Positions 9,779 through 20,120 of a stretch of 52,421 bases of DNA are shown here, in pieces. This DNA is from Deltaproteobacteria bacterium 13_1_40CM_4_68_19 (lineage in GTDB: Bacteria > Myxococcota > Myxococcia > Myxococcales > 40CM-4-68-19), in NCBI GenBank assembly GCA_001918155.1, contig MNFJ01000031.1, forward strand, positions 1 to 52,421, given 5' to 3'. The position numbers and the translations under genes were made by a program. The notes under the pieces are model-generated. The model did not search any database. It was not told where the DNA came from and worked only from the letters and a program-made list of their open reading frames with translations. Every line of letters starts with the position of its first letter. Position 1 is the stretch's first letter.

Positions 9779-10030
9779 ATGAAGAGCCTCCAGGATACCT
9801 ATGGGCCGACCACCATCTGCTTCGGCTGTGGGGCCCGTTCCCCGCCGGGCGGCGTACACCTCCCCGCCGCCGGCCCCGACCAGCCGAACAAAGTTCACGT
9901 ACCCGACGGCGATGTGAACAATGTTCACCTCTTGTATGCCGCTCGCGGTCCGAAGGGGATCACCATGCGGGCGATCGCGGCGGCCTTGGGGGTACGGGCC
10001 TCGGCGTTGTACCGGCATTTCGAAAGCATG
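9779..10030 (+). pseudogene. Mosaic remnant: PaaI-type thioesterase N-terminus joined to a TetR HTH fragment
   Basis: MKSLQDTYGPTTICFGCG, then low-complexity sequence, then ITMRAIAAALGVRASALYRHF; neither domain is complete. Confidence 0.55.
9886..9928. promoter_or_regulatory. Tandem palindromic operator, TetR-like
   Basis: Perfect GTGAACA-A-TGTTCAC at 9914-9928 and a degenerate copy GAACAAAGTTCAC at 9886-9898, 30 bp apart. Confidence 0.55.
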
Positions 10031-10124
10031 TGGCCTCGCGGCGATGCGCGAGAGCGGGGAGATCGAGAGCAACGCGGCGCTCCGCAGCGCATGGGATCGT
10101 GCGACCGCGGAGCTGAAGCGGGCA

Positions 10125-10910
10125 CTAGGAGCTCGCGGAGGTGTACCGCCGGATGGAGACGATCCAGATCCCCCGCGCTACCGCTGCGAAGAGGAGGGTA
10201 CCTGCGACCGCGGCCACGGCGGTGCGCAGGTTCAGCTTGCCGAGCAGGGCGAGCGAGGGGTAGGTCGTCATCAGCGCCAGGGGCAGCACGAAGGTGAAAA
10301 TGATCGCGAGGGCGCCGCGGAAGACGCTGCTTGGCCAGCGCGCGACGTCGAACACCGACTGGAACAGGTAGAGGAGATTGTCCACGCGAACCGCGACGAA
10401 CGCGATGGACACCACCAGGATGGCGATCGAGTACAGGACGAGCACCGCGGAGCAGAGCAGGAGCGCCGCCAGGAGCAGGTCAGCGAACGCCGGAGGGTGG
10501 CCGATGTGCTGGAAAGCGACCACCAGGATGATCGCCGCGCCGGCGACGTCGATCATCCGCCACGGCTCGATCTTCGAGAGCGAGACCAGCAGCTGCGCGT
10601 CGGCGGGCTTGAGCAGGACGAAGTCGAGCGTTCCCTTCCGCACGTGCTCGATGACCTGAAGGAGCGATGGGCTCAGCGTACCCTCGAGGATCCCCTTGAG
10701 GGCGACGAACCAGCCGAGCACGACCAGCATCTCCGGAAACGTCCAGCCCGCCACCGACTCGCGCGTGCCGAACACGACGATCAGCGGAACCAGCGTCACG
10801 CCCATCCAGAGCAGCGCCAGCGCTCCTTCCACCGCGAACTCGAACCGGTACTGGAGGGCGGTCGCGATCGACGCGCGCAGCTGGGCGCGCACCACGCGCA
10901 GCGCGCGCAT
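10125..10910 (-). CDS. ABC-2 family transporter permease
   Basis: QYRFEF, GTLDFVLLKP, six hydrophobic segments, RRYTSASS end. Confidence 0.9.
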   Translation of the reverse strand: MRALRVVRAQLRASIATALQYRFEFAVEGALALLWMGVTLVPLIVVFGTRESVAGWTFPEMLVVLGWFVALKGILEGTLSPSLLQVIEHVRKGTLDFVLLKPADAQLLVSLSKIEPWRMIDVAGAAIILVVAFQHIGHPPAFADLLLAALLLCSAVLVLYSIAILVVSIAFVAVRVDNLLYLFQSVFDVARWPSSVFRGALAIIFTFVLPLALMTTYPSLALLGKLNLRTAVAAVAGTLLFAAVARGIWIVSIRRYTSASS

Positions 10911-11704
10911 CACCCGCCGTACGCCGCGTAGTGGCGCAGACCCGACCGCCACGCGACCCTCGCCAGCCCGAGGAACAGCAGCACATAGGCCCACTGTGCG
11001 ACGAGCAGTTCGAGCGCCTCGCCTCGCGACCAGCGCCCGAGCATCAGCTCCACCGGAAAGGAGAGTTGGAACCGGAACGGCAGGACCACCGCCACGGAGC
11101 GCACGGCGCGGGGAAAGAGGTCCAGCGGCACCAGGTATCCGGAGAGGATGTTCGAGAATCCCAGCCAGGCGTCGAAGAGGGAGGCGGCGCTCTCGAACCG
11201 CAGCGCGAATGTCCCGATGATCGCCTGCACCAGGAAGTAGAGCAGCCAGGCTCCGAGCAGCGCCGGGAAGAGCAGGAGCCAGGAGAACCAGTCGTGCGAC
11301 AACTCCGAGCGCGCGACGTACAGCAGGATCGCCGCCACCGGGATCGCCACCACGCCGCGCATGGGGATCGCCGCCAGGTTGTCGGCGGACCACTGCAGCA
11401 GCGGATGGATCGGCCGCAGGAGGCGAAGGGCCAGGGTGCCCTGGCGGATCTCCATCGTCATTTCCCAGACCACCCACGCGCCGGTCATCAGCCGCACGAG
11501 CAGCGTGGCAAGGTAGTAGGCGGCGAACCCCTCTTGCGAATAACCGCTCACGGGCCCGGACCGCGCCGCCGCCGCCCAGATTGCGAGCATCACCAACGGC
11601 ATGTTGGTGGAGAACATCCAGATGAGGAACTCGGCCCGATAGGCGACGGCCTCGGCGAATCCCGTGCGCAAGAGCTGCGGGTACAGCCGGAGCAGGCGCG
11701 TCAC
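10910..11704 (-). CDS. ABC-2 family transporter permease
   Basis: AYRAEF, GTLALRLLRP, PLDLFP, RHYAAYGG end; overlaps both neighbours. Confidence 0.9.
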   Translation of the reverse strand: MTRLLRLYPQLLRTGFAEAVAYRAEFLIWMFSTNMPLVMLAIWAAAARSGPVSGYSQEGFAAYYLATLLVRLMTGAWVVWEMTMEIRQGTLALRLLRPIHPLLQWSADNLAAIPMRGVVAIPVAAILLYVARSELSHDWFSWLLLFPALLGAWLLYFLVQAIIGTFALRFESAASLFDAWLGFSNILSGYLVPLDLFPRAVRSVAVVLPFRFQLSFPVELMLGRWSRGEALELLVAQWAYVLLFLGLARVAWRSGLRHYAAYGG

Positions 11705-12678
11705 GCGGCGCGCCCCTGCGCGAAGAGATCGCGCATCACTTCCTCGAGCGGCGGATCCTCGACCGTGAGGTCGGTGAGCGGGAGCGAGGAGAGGGCGCGC
11801 GCCACGGCGGGCTGGAGCGCGTCCTGCGAGACCTGCACGATGGCTTCCGCGTCCCGATGCTCGATCACCGAGCCGAGCGCCTCCAGGTCGCGCCGCTCCA
11901 CCGGGCGCGAGAGCCGCAGCAGCATCCGCTTGTCCGGCCGGACGCGGCGGACGAGGTCCGACAACCCTCCGTCGTAGATGAGGCGACCCTTGTCGATCAC
12001 CATCACCCGCGGGCAGAGCGCGGCGACGTCCTCCATGTAGTGCGAGGTCAGGAGCACGGTCGCGCCGAAGCGCTCGTTGTAGGCGCGCACGAAGCCGCGC
12101 ACGGTGGCCTGCATGGAGACGTCGAGCCCGATGGTCGGCTCGTCGAGAAAGAGCACCTTCGGCCGGTGCAGCAGCGCCACCGCCAGCTCGCACTTCATCC
12201 GCTCGCCGAGCGAGAGCTGCCGGGCGGGCTTCCCCAGGAGGGGCCCCAGCTCGAGCAGTTCGGTCAGCTCGGCCATCGTGGCGTCGTACTGCTTGCGCGG
12301 GATGTCGTAGATGGCCCGGTTGAGGAGGAACGTTTCCGAGGGCGGCAGGTCCCAAAGGAGCTGCTGCTTCTGACCCATCACCAGGGTGATCTGCGCCAGG
12401 AAACCGCGGGCGCGCTCCTGGGGGAGGAAACCGGCGACCGAGACCCGGCCCTCGGTCGGGTAGAGGAGGCCCGAGAGGACCTTCAAGGTCGTCGTCTTTC
12501 CCGCGCCGTTCGGCCCCAGGAAGCCGACCCGCTCGCCGGCCGAGATGGAGAACGAGACGTCCTCGACGGCCTTCACGTCCTCGTAGGCACGGTGGAAGAG
12601 GGACCGCAGCGCGGCCCCGAGACCGGGTGCGCGCCGATGCACGCGATACCATTTGCGCAGGCGGTCGACTTCGATCAT
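11701..12678 (-). CDS. ABC transporter ATP-binding protein
   Basis: Walker A GPNGAGKTT, signature LSLGE, Walker B LFLDEPT, H-loop TSH. Confidence 0.95.
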   Translation of the reverse strand: MIEVDRLRKWYRVHRRAPGLGAALRSLFHRAYEDVKAVEDVSFSISAGERVGFLGPNGAGKTTTLKVLSGLLYPTEGRVSVAGFLPQERARGFLAQITLVMGQKQQLLWDLPPSETFLLNRAIYDIPRKQYDATMAELTELLELGPLLGKPARQLSLGERMKCELAVALLHRPKVLFLDEPTIGLDVSMQATVRGFVRAYNERFGATVLLTSHYMEDVAALCPRVMVIDKGRLIYDGGLSDLVRRVRPDKRMLLRLSRPVERRDLEALGSVIEHRDAEAIVQVSQDALQPAVARALSSLPLTDLTVEDPPLEEVMRDLFAQGRAA

Positions 12679-12748
12679 GGCCGCGGGAGTGTACAGTTTA
12701 GAGGCGACAGCCGCATTCCCGCACCTCCGGTGCGGGAGCGGCTGGCGG

Positions 12749-14299
12749 CTACACCCTGAAGCGACCGACGACTTCCGACACCCGCTGCGAGAGGTCCTTC
12801 AGCGTGGACGCGGCCTGCGTGGTGCTCTCCAGCCGGCGCATCGTCTCGTCCATCATCCGCGTCTGATCGGTGACGGCGCTGAAGATCTGCGTGATGCCGG
12901 CGTTCTGCTGCGACACCGCCGCCGCGATCTGCCGCACCGCGGAGGAGTTGTCCTTCACGATGTTCGACAGCTCGCGCAGGTTCTCTCCGGATTGTTTCAC
13001 TTGCAGCAGGCCCCCCTCGATCTTCTGCGATCCGCGCTCGGTGATGCTCACGGCCACCCGGATGGCGCCGGCGATGTCCTCGAGGATCTCGCGCACGCGA
13101 TTGGTGGCCTGGATCGACTGGTCCGCCAGGGAGCGGATTTCGCGGGCGACCACCGCGAACCCCTTGCCGTGCTCGCCCGAGCGGACCGCCTCGATGGCGG
13201 CGTTCAGCGCCAGCATGTTCGATTGGTCCGCCAGGTCCTTGACCGTCTGGGTGATGCCGCCGATCTGCTGTGTCCGCTCGGAGAGCTGGGCGATCTTCTG
13301 CGCGATCTCGTCGACCTGCGCCCGGATGTCGGTGAGGCCGCCCAGCGACTTCTCGATGGCCTCTTCTCCTTGCGAGGAGACCTGGTCGGCCTTCTCGGTG
13401 AGCTTCAGCACCGTCTCGGCCTTCTGCGCCGCGAGCAGCGAAGTCTGCTTGATCTCCTGCGCCGTGACCTGCGTCTCCTGCAGCGCGGTGGCCTGACGGG
13501 TGATCGTCTGGCTCTGATCGTTGGTGCTCTGGCTCAGCTCGCCGCCGGCGTTGGCGAGGAGCTGCACAGACTCCTGCAGCGCGCGCAGCACCTCCTTCAT
13601 CTTCTCCACCATCTGCGCGAATCCGGCCGCCAGCTGGCCCACCTCGTCGTTGGTCGTCACTTCGATCTCCTGCGTCAGATCGCCGTCGACGATGCGCCTG
13701 GCCGCATGCGTCAGGTTGCGCAGGGGCGCGACGAATCGCGCGACGAGCATCAGGGAGATGAAGGCGGCGGCGACCAGCGCTGCCAGGGTGATGGCGCCGA
13801 GCAGTTTCTGCGCCCGCAGCACCATGGCGTTCCCCGCCGCCGGATCGAGCCCGACGTGCACGACGGCGCCGGTGATCACCGCCGCCGGCACGTCGATGTA
13901 GCTGACGCCGTCGAGCACGACGTCCCGGATCTTCTCCGAGTCGCGCAGCACGGCGGTATCCTGCTGCGGAATCCGCCCGTCGAAGGTGTGCGCGATCACG
14001 TTCCCGTTGGGCCCCACCACCTCGACGTAGGCCAGATTCGCGTCCTTCTTCACCGAGGCGATGGTCGCGCCCACCGCGCTGTCCGGCATCTCGACCAGCG
14101 CGGAGGCGATGGTGGCCGAGATGGCCTTTCCCCGCGAGGTCGCCTCCACCTTGAGGACGCTGCGGAAGTAGAGATAGTTGCCGAGGCCGATCGCGATCGC
14201 GAGCGAGCCGAGCGCCACCACCACCAGCGCCGAAACCTTGATCTGCAGCGCCAAACCCCGCCGCCGTCCCCTGTCGTTCGGTCTCACGCTCGTCTCCAT
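12749..14299 (-). CDS. Methyl-accepting chemotaxis protein (TM-sensor-TM-HAMP-signalling domain)
   Basis: HAMP DEVGQLA; tip [37 protein letters not shown]; two TM helices. Confidence 0.95.
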   Translation of the reverse strand: METSVRPNDRGRRRGLALQIKVSALVVVALGSLAIAIGLGNYLYFRSVLKVEATSRGKAISATIASALVEMPDSAVGATIASVKKDANLAYVEVVGPNGNVIAHTFDGRIPQQDTAVLRDSEKIRDVVLDGVSYIDVPAAVITGAVVHVGLDPAAGNAMVLRAQKLLGAITLAALVAAAFISLMLVARFVAPLRNLTHAARRIVDGDLTQEIEVTTNDEVGQLAAGFAQMVEKMKEVLRALQESVQLLANAGGELSQSTNDQSQTITRQATALQETQVTAQEIKQTSLLAAQKAETVLKLTEKADQVSSQGEEAIEKSLGGLTDIRAQVDEIAQKIAQLSERTQQIGGITQTVKDLADQSNMLALNAAIEAVRSGEHGKGFAVVAREIRSLADQSIQATNRVREILEDIAGAIRVAVSITERGSQKIEGGLLQVKQSGENLRELSNIVKDNSSAVRQIAAAVSQQNAGITQIFSAVTDQTRMMDETMRRLESTTQAASTLKDLSQRVSEVVGRFRV

Positions 14300-14307
14300 C
14301 GTCCGTC

Positions 14308-15369
14308 TCACCCGCGCGGTCGCGCCGCGGCGGTGGTCCCAGGTTTCGCCCTGCAAAGCTCGAGGATGGCGGGCGCGATGCTCTCCAGCGGAAGCAGCGC
14401 GCGCGCCGCGCCGCAGGCGTGGGCTGCCTGCGGCATGCCGAATACAACCGACGTCTGCTCGTCTTGCGCGTAGGTGGCGCCGCCCGCCTTCTTCAGCTCG
14501 AGCAGGCCCTGCGCGCCGTCATCGCCCATGCCGGTGAGCACGAAGCCGGCCGCGCGCGACCCGTAGACGCGCGCCAGCGATGCAAGCAGCTTGTTTCCGG
14601 AGGGACAGTGAAGCCCGCTCGATCGCGGAGCGTGGATGCGCCCCTCCCGGCCCAACTCCAGGTCGCAGCCGTCCGGCGGGAGATAGACGGTGCCGGGCAC
14701 CGGCAGATCTCCGTCTTGCGCGATCACCACGCGCAGGCTGCAGACGCTTGCAAACCAGCGCACCAGTCCGGCGCTGAACCCGGTCGCGATGTGCTGCGCG
14801 AGCAGCAGCGGGACGGGAAGGTCGCGCGGCAGCGCCCCGAGCACGTGCGCAAGGGCAGGAGGACCGCCCGTCGACGCGGCCATTCCCACCACGTCCACCT
14901 GCGCGCCGTGCGCAAGCTGCGGCCGCGCCAGCGTCGGCCTCGAGCGATGCCGGCGCACCACCGGCACCTCGGCCATCAGCCGCACCGACTCGGCGACGCG
15001 GTGCGCCCAGTGGCGCATCTCCTCGGGACCACCTTCGGGCTTCGCGATCAGCTCCAGCGCCCCCGCGGCCATCGCCTTGAACGACAGCTCCAGCTGCCGG
15101 TGCTGCCGCACGGACGTGATCACCAGCACGCGCGAAGGCGCCTCCGCCATGATGGCAGCCGTCGCGCCCAGCCCGTCCAGCCGCGGCATGTTGACGTCCA
15201 TGGTGATCACGTCGGGCCGAAGCGCGCGCGCCTTCTCCACTGCCTCGACGCCGTCGGCGGCCTGGCCGACGATGGCGAGGGAGGGGTCCTCGCTCAGCAG
15301 GGCGACGAGGGCCGTGCGCAGCGTGGTGGAGTCGTCGGCCACCAGCACGCGGATGGGCCGGCCGCTCAC
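14308..15369 (-). CDS. cheB: Chemotaxis methylesterase CheB (REC + esterase)
   Basis: [32 protein letters not shown]. Confidence 0.95.
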   Translation of the reverse strand: MSGRPIRVLVADDSTTLRTALVALLSEDPSLAIVGQAADGVEAVEKARALRPDVITMDVNMPRLDGLGATAAIMAEAPSRVLVITSVRQHRQLELSFKAMAAGALELIAKPEGGPEEMRHWAHRVAESVRLMAEVPVVRRHRSRPTLARPQLAHGAQVDVVGMAASTGGPPALAHVLGALPRDLPVPLLLAQHIATGFSAGLVRWFASVCSLRVVIAQDGDLPVPGTVYLPPDGCDLELGREGRIHAPRSSGLHCPSGNKLLASLARVYGSRAAGFVLTGMGDDGAQGLLELKKAGGATYAQDEQTSVVFGMPQAAHACGAARALLPLESIAPAILELCRAKPGTTAAARPRG

Positions 15370-17555
15370 GCTGCCCCCTTCCGCCGCGCGATCACCGTGC
15401 TCACCTCGGAGAGCAGCCGTCCGGAGACGCACTCCTTCTTGGTGAGGAACCCATCCGCGCCTACCGCCATGCCGCGCTGCCGGTCGGAATCGGAATCGCG
15501 GGCGGACACGAGCAGGATGGGCATCGAGTCGGTCTCTGCGCGCTGCCGCACCGCCGCCGTCAGCTCGTACCCGTCCATCTCGTCCATGCCGATGTCGCAG
15601 ACCATGACGTCGTAAGCGCTGTGCCGCAGCTGCTCGAGCGCCTGACGGCCGTTGGAGGCGGTGTGGACGAGATACCCTCCGGTCTCGAGCGCGGTCCGGT
15701 GCAGCGCGCGCGCGGTGAGGGAATCGTCGACCACCAGTGCGCGACGCGTGCTCGCAAGTCCGGACTCCGCGCGGCGCTCGCTGCTGACGAGGAAATCCGG
15801 TCTGAGGATGAGCACCAGCTCGCCGCGCGCCAGCGTCGCGGCTCCCTGGTAGGCGGGCAGCTCGCGCACGTCCGCGGGCAGCGGCCGGATCACCAGCTCC
15901 CGGTCCCCGAGGACCTCGTCGACGCTGAGCGCGAGCCGGCGGCCCTGCGCCTGCAGGATCAGCAGGGGCTGTCCGTCCGCCGGTACTTCCGGCTGGCGCA
16001 GCCCGACCACGGCGCCCAGGTCCTGCACGGGGATCAGCTGCTCGCGATGATCGAGCTGGACGCGGGATCGGCCGACGCGCAGGTCTTTGCTCCGCGCGGC
16101 GCGCGACGATTCCACCGCCGCCATCGGGACCCCGAGCTGGTGCTCGCCGCAGCGGACCACCAGCACCGGCGAGCTGCCCAGGTCGGCCGGGAGGGTGAGG
16201 ACGAAGCGCGCCCCCTGCCCGGCGACGCTCTGCACCTCGACATGGCCCTGCAGCGCCTGGATCTGGTTGCGCACCACGTCGAGGCCTACCCCGCGGCCCG
16301 AGAACTCCGTCGCCTCCGTCCTGGTGGAGAACCCGGGCCGGAAGATCAGCTGGTGGAGTTGCTGGATCGACATGTTCGCCAGCTCCTCCGGGGCGACGAG
16401 CGCGCGCCGCAGGGCAGCCTCGCGGATCTGCTCCAGGTCCAGCCCCGCCCCGTCATCGCCCACCTCGATGAAGAGCATGTTGCCTTGCTGCTCGACCCGG
16501 ATGGTGAGCGCGCCTTCGGGGTGCTTTCCGCGGGCCTCGCGCACGTCCGGCATCTCCAGGCCGTGATCCACCGCGTTGCGGACCAGGTGGATCAACGGAC
16601 CGCGCAGCTGTTCGATCACGCGGCGGTCCAGAGACACCTCCGCGCCGACCACGGCCAACCTCGCTTGCTTCCCGGTCGCCTTGCACAGGTCGCGGACGGC
16701 GCGCCGCAGGGGATCGAGCACGGTGCGCACCGGCACCGTGGAGATCGCCTTGAGACCCTCCTCCATCGAGGCGACGATGTCCGCCGCCTCCTCGCCGTCC
16801 GCGCCCAGCGAGCGCCGCACTCCGAGCAGCAGCGCGCGCGCCTCCGCCGTCTCCGCCTGGATCCCCAGCCGGTCGAGCTGCAGGATGGCCTTTTCCAGCT
16901 CCCGCCGGCGCTCCTCCACGCGGAGCCGCACTTCGCGCAGCCGTTCCACTTCGTGCAGCAGCGCGATCACCTGCCGCGTGGTGACGCGCCAGCTGTCTCC
17001 CTGCGCCTCGTCGGGCGCAGCCGGAGCAGGCGCTGGCTCCGCCGGCGAGGTAGCCGGGGCCTGCGCCGGGGCAACTTCCGGCGGAGGAGGCACACTCGCG
17101 GCCGGCGTTTCCGGGGCGGTGCGGCCCTTGCCGTTCTTGCCCGCTCCGTTCTTCTTCTTCGGGGTTCCGGCGCCGGCCGGCTTGACCTTCTCCAGCAGCA
17201 CGAAGCTGGGCCCGAGCTCGGGGAGCTCTCCTTTGGCTGCGATGGCCCGCAGGCGCGCCATCCAGACGTCCAGCGACTTGAGCACGGCGTCCGCCACCGT
17301 TGCCGGCAGCGGCTTCGCCGAGCCGCGCAGGGGAAGGATCACGTCCTCCATCCGATGGGCGAAGTCCGCCAGCTCCTCCAGTCCCAGCGTCGCCGCGCTT
17401 CCTTTGAGCGTGTGCAGACCGCGCGCAAGCTCGTCGAAGCTCGGCCCCTGCGCCGGCGACTTCTCCAGCTCCATCAGGCTGCGCGTGACGCGCTCGTAGA
17501 TCTCCTGCGACTCGTCCACGAAACCGGCCAGCAGCTGCTCGAGAAGCGGATCCAT
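15366..17555 (-). CDS. cheA: Hybrid CheA kinase (HPt-HATPase-CheW-REC)
   Basis: HTLKG, HLVRNAVDHG, DDGAG, PGFST, GRGVGLDVV; C-terminal receiver VVDDS. Confidence 0.95.
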   Translation of the reverse strand: MDPLLEQLLAGFVDESQEIYERVTRSLMELEKSPAQGPSFDELARGLHTLKGSAATLGLEELADFAHRMEDVILPLRGSAKPLPATVADAVLKSLDVWMARLRAIAAKGELPELGPSFVLLEKVKPAGAGTPKKKNGAGKNGKGRTAPETPAASVPPPPEVAPAQAPATSPAEPAPAPAAPDEAQGDSWRVTTRQVIALLHEVERLREVRLRVEERRRELEKAILQLDRLGIQAETAEARALLLGVRRSLGADGEEAADIVASMEEGLKAISTVPVRTVLDPLRRAVRDLCKATGKQARLAVVGAEVSLDRRVIEQLRGPLIHLVRNAVDHGLEMPDVREARGKHPEGALTIRVEQQGNMLFIEVGDDGAGLDLEQIREAALRRALVAPEELANMSIQQLHQLIFRPGFSTRTEATEFSGRGVGLDVVRNQIQALQGHVEVQSVAGQGARFVLTLPADLGSSPVLVVRCGEHQLGVPMAAVESSRAARSKDLRVGRSRVQLDHREQLIPVQDLGAVVGLRQPEVPADGQPLLILQAQGRRLALSVDEVLGDRELVIRPLPADVRELPAYQGAATLARGELVLILRPDFLVSSERRAESGLASTRRALVVDDSLTARALHRTALETGGYLVHTASNGRQALEQLRHSAYDVMVCDIGMDEMDGYELTAAVRQRAETDSMPILLVSARDSDSDRQRGMAVGADGFLTKKECVSGRLLSEVSTVIARRKGAA

Positions 17556-18091
17556 CACCGCTTCTCCTGGGCGTGGCGGCGATCCATCAAGCGCAGCAGG
17601 TCGAGCAGGTTCACCTGCCGCATCCCGGGGAGCGTGATCTCGGAGATCGCGCTGGTCGATCGGGCACGCGCTTCCTCCACCAGGGCGTGCGGCAGCCCGG
17701 TGGGCTTGGGAATGCGCTCGCAGTCGAGCGCCACCAGGCGGCCGAAGCCAGGGTCCACCACCAGGAGCACCGCCGGGTCCTCGCGCCATCCGCGACCGCC
17801 GAGGAGCGAGGCGAGGGAAAGGGCGGTGACGATCTGCCCCTGGAAGCGGAGGATGCCGATCACGTGCGACGGCGACAGGGGCACCGCGGTCACCATCTTC
17901 AGGGGCACCGCGGCGCGCAGCGTCTCCAGCGGAAGCGCGTAGGTCTCCTCCCCGACCGGAAACTCGGCGACCCAGAGGACGTTCTCCTCGTCCGTCTCGG
18001 CTGGCTTCCGCCGGACGCGCTCGGCCCGCTGCACGAGCAACTCCTCCACCTCCGGGGTGAAGCCGTCGAGCTCGCGGGCCCGGAGCTTCAT
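17555..18091 (-). CDS. cheW: CheW coupling protein
   Basis: YALPL, VTAVP-SPSHVIGILRFQGQIV; position in che operon. Confidence 0.9.
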   Translation of the reverse strand: MKLRARELDGFTPEVEELLVQRAERVRRKPAETDEENVLWVAEFPVGEETYALPLETLRAAVPLKMVTAVPLSPSHVIGILRFQGQIVTALSLASLLGGRGWREDPAVLLVVDPGFGRLVALDCERIPKPTGLPHALVEEARARSTSAISEITLPGMRQVNLLDLLRLMDRRHAQEKR

Positions 18092-19266
18092 TCGAAGCCT
18101 CCGCGGCCGGAGCTGAGGAACGTCTGCGCCGAGTCACGGTAGAAGCTCACCGGCAGCGGCTCGGGTCCGGCCAGGACCTCGTCGCCGGGCAGCTTCTCGA
18201 TGCGCTTGAGCACCTCCCGCATCAGCTTGCTCGCGGCGGACTTCTCGCCCATGCGCACGTGCAGGAGCGCGCGCTCGAGGATCCCGGGGACGTAATCGGG
18301 GACCTGCCGGGCGAGGTCCGTCAGCTCCTTCTCGGCCCGCTTCTTCTCGCCCCGGTCGATGTGCACCAGGGCCCGCAAATGAAGCGCGACCGGTTCGGGC
18401 GGGCGCACCCGAGGGACGTAGGGCGGCGCCGGCTCGGGCGAAGGCGCGACGGCCGGAGCGGGAGGCTTCGCCGCGGGCCTGGCATCGAGGCGCCGATAGA
18501 TCTGCAGCTCGGGCGGGCTTGCGCGCAAAAGGTCCGGCGGCGGTTCGGAGACGTCCATCGAGCCGAAGAGGAGCGCTCCGCCGGGGAGGAGCGCTCGCGA
18601 GAGGTGGCGCACCACGGTGCGCACCGCGTGCTGCGAGAAGTACACCAGCACGTTGCGGCAGAAGATCAGATCGAACTGGCCGGGCGGCTCCTCGAGCAGG
18701 TTGTGCTCGCAGAAGCGGGTGACCGCGCGCACTGCCTCGTCGATCCGGACGCGGCCGTTCCCTGTGTCCTTGAAGATCGGATGCAGCACCGGGCCGGAGG
18801 GCCGCCGCGACCACGCCCCGTATTCGCCGACGCGCGCCGCGGCGAGGTTGCGCTCGAGCAGGTCGGTCCCCAGCACCTCGAGGGAAACGGTGCGCGGCCA
18901 GGGCATCAGATCGAGCAGGCATGCCGCGATGGAGTACGCTTCCTCCCCCGTCGCGCAACCCGCGCTCCACGCGCGGATGGAACTCCGTCCTGCGTTCAGC
19001 AGCTGGGGAAGGAAGGTGGTGGCCATCCAGCGGAAGTGCTCGGGATGACGGAAGAAGTACGTCTCGCCGACGGAGACCGCCTGGCAGAGGGCGTGCACGA
19101 CCTCGAGTTCGCGCGCGGCCGCGCGCGGCAGCACTTCGTCGGGCGGACCGAGGCCGGCGGCCGCGCGCCGGACCGCGTCGGGAAGGATGGCATCGCGAGA
19201 GAAGCCGGTCCAGTCGGCCGCGTACGAGATCAGCTCGTCCAGGACGTGCTCGTCGTACCGCCTCAT
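18088..19266 (-). CDS. cheR: CheR methyltransferase with C-terminal TPR-like region
   Basis: GETYFFR, WSAGCATGEEAYS, IFCRNVLVYF; Pro-rich linker then helical TPR-like tail. Confidence 0.93.
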   Translation of the reverse strand: MRRYDEHVLDELISYAADWTGFSRDAILPDAVRRAAAGLGPPDEVLPRAAARELEVVHALCQAVSVGETYFFRHPEHFRWMATTFLPQLLNAGRSSIRAWSAGCATGEEAYSIAACLLDLMPWPRTVSLEVLGTDLLERNLAAARVGEYGAWSRRPSGPVLHPIFKDTGNGRVRIDEAVRAVTRFCEHNLLEEPPGQFDLIFCRNVLVYFSQHAVRTVVRHLSRALLPGGALLFGSMDVSEPPPDLLRASPPELQIYRRLDARPAAKPPAPAVAPSPEPAPPYVPRVRPPEPVALHLRALVHIDRGEKKRAEKELTDLARQVPDYVPGILERALLHVRMGEKSAASKLMREVLKRIEKLPGDEVLAGPEPLPVSFYRDSAQTFLSSGRGGFE

Positions 19267-20120
19267 CGCGCCGCCTCCGCCCGCAGCCCGGAGGCGAGCT
19301 TGCGCAACAACTCGCGGGAGACGAGCGCGCGCGGATCGATGAGCGGCAGCGCGCCTCGCGCCGTCTTCGCTACCGCAAGCAGCGCCTGCCCGAGGGCCCC
19401 GTGTTGCGAGCCACCCAGGCGCTCGCGCGGCGTGACCTCGTCCTGCGCCAGTTCCTCGGGATCGCGCACCTCATCGACGCAGAGCGCGATGCGGACGCCG
19501 TCGCGCTCCACCACCACCAGCTTCCGCTCCACCACCGGCTGAGCGTGCTCCACGCCCAGGCGGTGGGCCAGGTCGAGCACCGCGACCGGCTCGCCGTGCA
19601 GCTCGAACATCTGCGTCAAGTAGGAGGGGCCGAGCGGCAGCGGCCGGGTCGCCGTCTGGTGCAGGACGTTGCGCACGCTCTCCAGCGGAAACCCCAGCTC
19701 GATCTTTCCCACGGTGACGAAGAGCACGGCGACGTTGCCGGCCCGCGCCTGGGCCCGCGTCTCCTCCAGCACGCGCTCGACGAGCGGCAGCAGCTCCTGG
19801 GCGCGGATCGGCTTGGGCAGGAAGGCCTTGGCGCCGTTTCGCAGGCAGGCCTCGGCGCGCAGCTTCTCGCTGGAGATGATGATCACCGGGATGTGGCGCA
19901 GGGCCGCATCATCTTGAAGGTGCGCGAGGACTTCGTCGCCGTCCATCTCCGGCATCGAGAGGTCGAGCAGGATGGCGGCAGGCTCGATCTGTGGGGCCTT
20001 CGCCAGCGCTTCCCGGCCCGTGGTCGCGGTGCTGATCGCGTAATGCCCGGAGAGCGCCGCCTTCTCGAACGCGAGCACGGCCTCCGAGTCGTCCACGAGC
20101 AGCAGGTGCGGGAGGCTCAC
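19263..20120 (-). CDS. Receiver-CheW fusion protein (REC N-terminal, CheW C-terminal)
   Basis: LVDDS, DLSMPEMDG, KPI receiver, then LPLGPSYLTQMFELHGEPVAVLDL and ALCVDEV CheW motifs; GTG start overlaps upstream stop. Confidence 0.88.
   Translation of the reverse strand: MSLPHLLLVDDSEAVLAFEKAALSGHYAISTATTGREALAKAPQIEPAAILLDLSMPEMDGDEVLAHLQDDAALRHIPVIIISSEKLRAEACLRNGAKAFLPKPIRAQELLPLVERVLEETRAQARAGNVAVLFVTVGKIELGFPLESVRNVLHQTATRPLPLGPSYLTQMFELHGEPVAVLDLAHRLGVEHAQPVVERKLVVVERDGVRIALCVDEVRDPEELAQDEVTPRERLGGSQHGALGQALLAVAKTARGALPLIDPRALVSRELLRKLASGLRAEAAR

Noticed and set aside
17020-17180. Pro/Ala/Lys-rich low-complexity stretch in cheA
   Set aside because: Normal flexible linker after the HPt domain
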